Of a stretch of 64,000 nt of DNA, positions 60,785 through 64,000 are shown one piece after another. The DNA is from Isurus oxyrinchus (Eukaryota). The stretch's first letter is position 1; every line of letters starts with the position of its first letter. The notes below the pieces were generated by a model, which ran no database searches, was not told where the DNA came from, and saw only the letters and a list, made by a program, of their open reading frames with translations. The DNA lies in assembly GCA_026770705.1 (NCBI GenBank), contig JANJGN010000021.1:98890001-98954000 (forward strand), in the 5' to 3' direction. The translations under genes and the position numbers were made by a program.

Positions 60785-61470
60785 GAGAGCTTTACTCTGT
60801 ATCCGACCCTGTGCTATACCTGTCCTGGGACTATTTGATGGGATAGTGTAGGGGGAGCTTTACTCTATATCTAACTCCGTGCTGTACCTGTCCTGGGAGT
60901 GTTTGATGGGGACAGTGTAGAGGGAGTTTTACTCAGTATCTAACCCGTGCTGTACCTGTCGTGGGATTGTTTGATGGGGACAGTGTAGAAGGAGTTTTAC
61001 TCAGTATCTAACCTGTGCTGTACCTGTCCTGGGATTGTTTGATGGGGACAGTGTAGAGGGAGCTTTACTCTTTATCTAACCCTGTGCTGTACATGCCCTG
61101 GGAGTGTTTGATGGGGACAGTGTAGAGGGAGCTTTACTCTTTATCTAACCCCGCGCTGTACCTGCCCTGGGAGTGTTTGATGGGGACAGTGTAGAGGGAG
61201 CTTTACTCTGTATCTAACCCCATGCTGTACCTGTCCTGGGATTGTTTGATGGGGACAGTGTAGAGGAAGCTTTACTCTATATCTAACCCCGCGCTGTACC
61301 TGCCCTGGGAGTGTTTGATGGGGACAGTGTAGAGCGAGCTTTACTCTGTACCTAACCCTGTGCTGTACCTGTCCTGGGATTGTTTAATGGGGACAGTGTA
61401 GAGGGAGCTTTACTCTGTATCTAACTCCACGCTGTACCTGCCCTGGGAGTGTTTGATGGAGACAGTATAG
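60785..61470. repeat. ~69-bp minisatellite, ~10 copies (GGGAGCTTTACTCTGTATCTAACCCCGTGCTGTACCTGCCCTGGGAGTGTTTGATGGGGACAGTGTAGA)
   Basis: Direct tandem units. Confidence 0.93.
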
Positions 61471-61664
61471 ATCAGTTGTCCAACCCGCAGTCTGCGGGCC
61501 GGATGCCAGAGTGTTTCACGGGGTAGTGTAGAGGCAGCTTTACTCTCTCTGTAACCCTTGCTCCTCTGCCCTGACAGCACTTGTACCCTGTATCCTTTTG
61601 AGGTGAATGCTGAATGAAGTGGCATGAAACCATGAACACTTTCATGAAGTGAAAAACACTACAG

Positions 61665-62130
61665 CAACAACAACCTGCATTTGTATGGCACCCTAAAAAT
61701 AGTAAAATGTCTCACAGTGCTACACAGGTATGTTATCAGTCAAAATTTGAAACCAAGCCACATAAGGTATTGGGGCAGGTGTCGAATAACTTGGTCAATG
61801 GGGTAGGGCTTTACATAACATCTTAAAGGAAGAGAGAGAAGTGGAGAGATTAAGGCAGGGATTACAGAGCTTACAGCCTGGACAACCAAAGGCACGGCCA
61901 CCAATGATGGAGGAATTAATATCAGGGATGTTCAAGAGACCAGAATTGGAGGAGCGCAGACATTTCAGAGGGCTGTGAGTTTGGAGATTAGAGATAGGGA
62001 GGACCGAGGCCATGGAGAGATTTGGAAACAAGGATCTGAACTTATTTGAGGAGTGGCTTGACTGGGAGACAATGCAGGGGTGACTGGGGAATGGAGTGCA
62101 AGTTAGGATACGGGCAGCAGAGTATTAGAT
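61665..62130 (-). mobile_element. L2 LINE 3' fragment
   Basis: Reverse complement resembles 23900-24325 (LRSS...LL.IP......GGRAF). Confidence 0.7.
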
Positions 62131-62604
62131 CATCTCCAGTTGATGTAGCGTGGGATGTGTGTGTGTGCGTGCGCCGGAATGTGGCAGAAGCAACTGATCA
62201 GGTAGACTCAATATTCATCACAAGAATGTCCATGAGCTTCTTACACATCGTTGTTGGTGAAAATAGAGGGGGCACCTGGAGAGGGGTCCAAGGAGATTAT
62301 GGAGAAGGGAAGTTAAAGGTTATCTTTGCTCCAGGATCATTCAGAAATGTCATGAATAGTTTTGACTTTGAGACCAGAGGATATTTTCCCACTGCTTTAG
62401 GAATACAGGAACAGGAGGCAGTCAATGGCCTACCATTGCCCCATCATCCTTGAAACCCCTTGCCTTAGAAATATCTTTCCATCTAAAGATGGGATATTGT
62501 CGCTGAAACGTCACTTCCAGGCATGGCTCACTAAGACCCAGGGCAGAAACTCGTCACCTTGATAGGCATCACCTGCGAATCGAGGACCAGCCGCAGCAGA
62601 GGAC

Positions 62605-62995
62605 TAGTAACCCTCTCACCGCTGAGGCAGAAGGTTGTGGGTTCATGACCCATTCCAGAGGTTAGAGCGTATAAACTGAGCAAGTGCTGCACTGTTGGTG
62701 GGGCCATTACTGGGGGAAGGCTGCACTGTCAGAAGTTGGTTCTGAGGGGCATTCCTTCAAATGTGACATTTAACCCAGGCCCCTTCTGCCCTCTGAGGTG
62801 GACTTAAAAGATCCAGGGGTAGTATTTCAAAGGTGAACAGGGGCCTTATATCCTTTGACCTTAGTTAATGTTGATCACTGGACCAGCAATACAGACTGTC
62901 TGGTTATTATAAAAGTGCTGTCCATGGGATCTTGCTGTGCATGAATTAGCTGCCGTGATTCCCAGTTTTCAACAGTGTCTACACTTCACTAATTA
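62605..62995 (+). mobile_element. DeuSINE-like SINE, degenerate
   Basis: GAAGGTTGTGGGTTCA...CCAGAG head and GGGATCTTGCTGTGC core, as at 8475-8950. Confidence 0.6.
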
Positions 62996-63004
62996 TATTC
63001 AAAC

Positions 63005-63590
63005 AAAAGCCATTGGTGAGACCGCACCTGGAGTACTGTGCACAGTTTTGGTCCCCTTACTTGAGGAAGGATGTAGTTGCACTGGAGGTGGTTCAGCGGA
63101 GGCTCACTAGATTGATTCCAGAGATGCAGGGCTTGTCTTATGAGGAGAGATTGAGCAGTTTAGGCCTATAGTCGCTAGAGTTTAGAAGGATGAGAGGAGA
63201 TCTAATTGAGGTATATAAGATGTTAAAAGGGATAGACAAAGTATACATGGAGCAGATGTTTCCCCTTGTGGGGTATTCTAGAACGAGAGGCCATAGTTTT
63301 AGGCTAAGGGGCAGTAGATTTAAATCAGAGATGAGGAGGAATTACTTTTCTCAAAGGGTCGTGAATCTGTGGAATTCACTACCCCAGAGTGCAGTGGATG
63401 CCGGGATGCTGAATAGATTTGAGGAGGAGATAGATAAATTTTTAATTAGTAACGGGTTGAAAGGTTATGGGGAGAGGGCAGCAAATTGGAGTTGAGGCCG
63501 AAATGAGATCAGACATGGTCGTATTGAATGGCGGGGCAGGCTCGAGGGACTGAATTGCCTACTCCTGCTCCTAGTTCTTAAGTTATGTCC
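63005..63590 (+). mobile_element. CR1 3' end
   Basis: LVRPHLEYCAQFWSP...MRGDLIEVYKML...RRNYFSQRVVNLWNSLPQ followed by the 3'UTR. Confidence 0.92.
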
Positions 63591-64000
63591 TTATTACCTC
63601 ATTGGCTGTGAAGGACTGTGGGGTTCCATGTTATCTACAGCATTGCCTATAATGGCCCCACACCTACCCGAGCCACTCACTTACTCCTTACATGTTTCCA
63701 CATACTTTTACCATTTGCCTCTAGATAACCCGAACTTTTTCTCTTCCTTAAGCTCTCAGTATAATCTTTCTGTTCCTTTCTTACTCACACTCTTTATCAG
63801 AACCTTCCACATTCCCACCTGTCCCTGTATCTGTGTTAACCACTTCCTCGAGTTTTTATACTGTGTCATGTCCCACATCTGGACATCAGTTACCTGGCTG
63901 CATAAGTGAAATTATTGCTCTTTTGGGGAATATTTCAGTCTTGTGTTGTACTAAACACTTCTTTTCAATACCTCCCACTGTTTCTCTGTATCTCCATCCA

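Noticed and set aside
62570-62620. LLVLCCGWSS leader-like peptide for gene B
   Set aside because: Overlaps a SINE head, has no ATG, is in the wrong phase and has a weak donor.

Overview
Vertebrate genomic DNA, most likely from an elasmobranch (shark), judging by HE1-type and DeuSINE-type SINEs, CR1/L2 LINEs and Penelope-type repeats. It is not prokaryotic, and most long ORFs in the supplied track are translations of tandem repeats. Splicing the minus strand by hand gives two tandem MHC class I-family genes and an orphan TRIM-type coiled-coil exon. Gene B (52596-36742) is a peptide-binding-type class I gene with alpha1, alpha2, alpha3, TM and a long tail. It keeps most peptide-anchor residues but carries two 1-nt frameshifts, and its introns are filled with large minisatellites. 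Gene A (29227-16124) has intact leader, alpha1, alpha2 and alpha3 exons. It is a highly divergent class I gene that has lost nearly all peptide-anchor residues and has a hydrophobic, CD1-like alpha2 helix (LNQN...AGKAALERK), an extra Cys pair and a GC-AG intron. It apparently ends in a short hydrophobic tail with no cytoplasmic domain, making it a candidate GPI-anchored or secreted lipid-presenting class I molecule. Penelope-like insertions carry minimal hammerhead ribozyme motifs and 14-bp target-site duplications, including one ~660-bp palindromic element. All assignments come from manual reading; no database searches were run.
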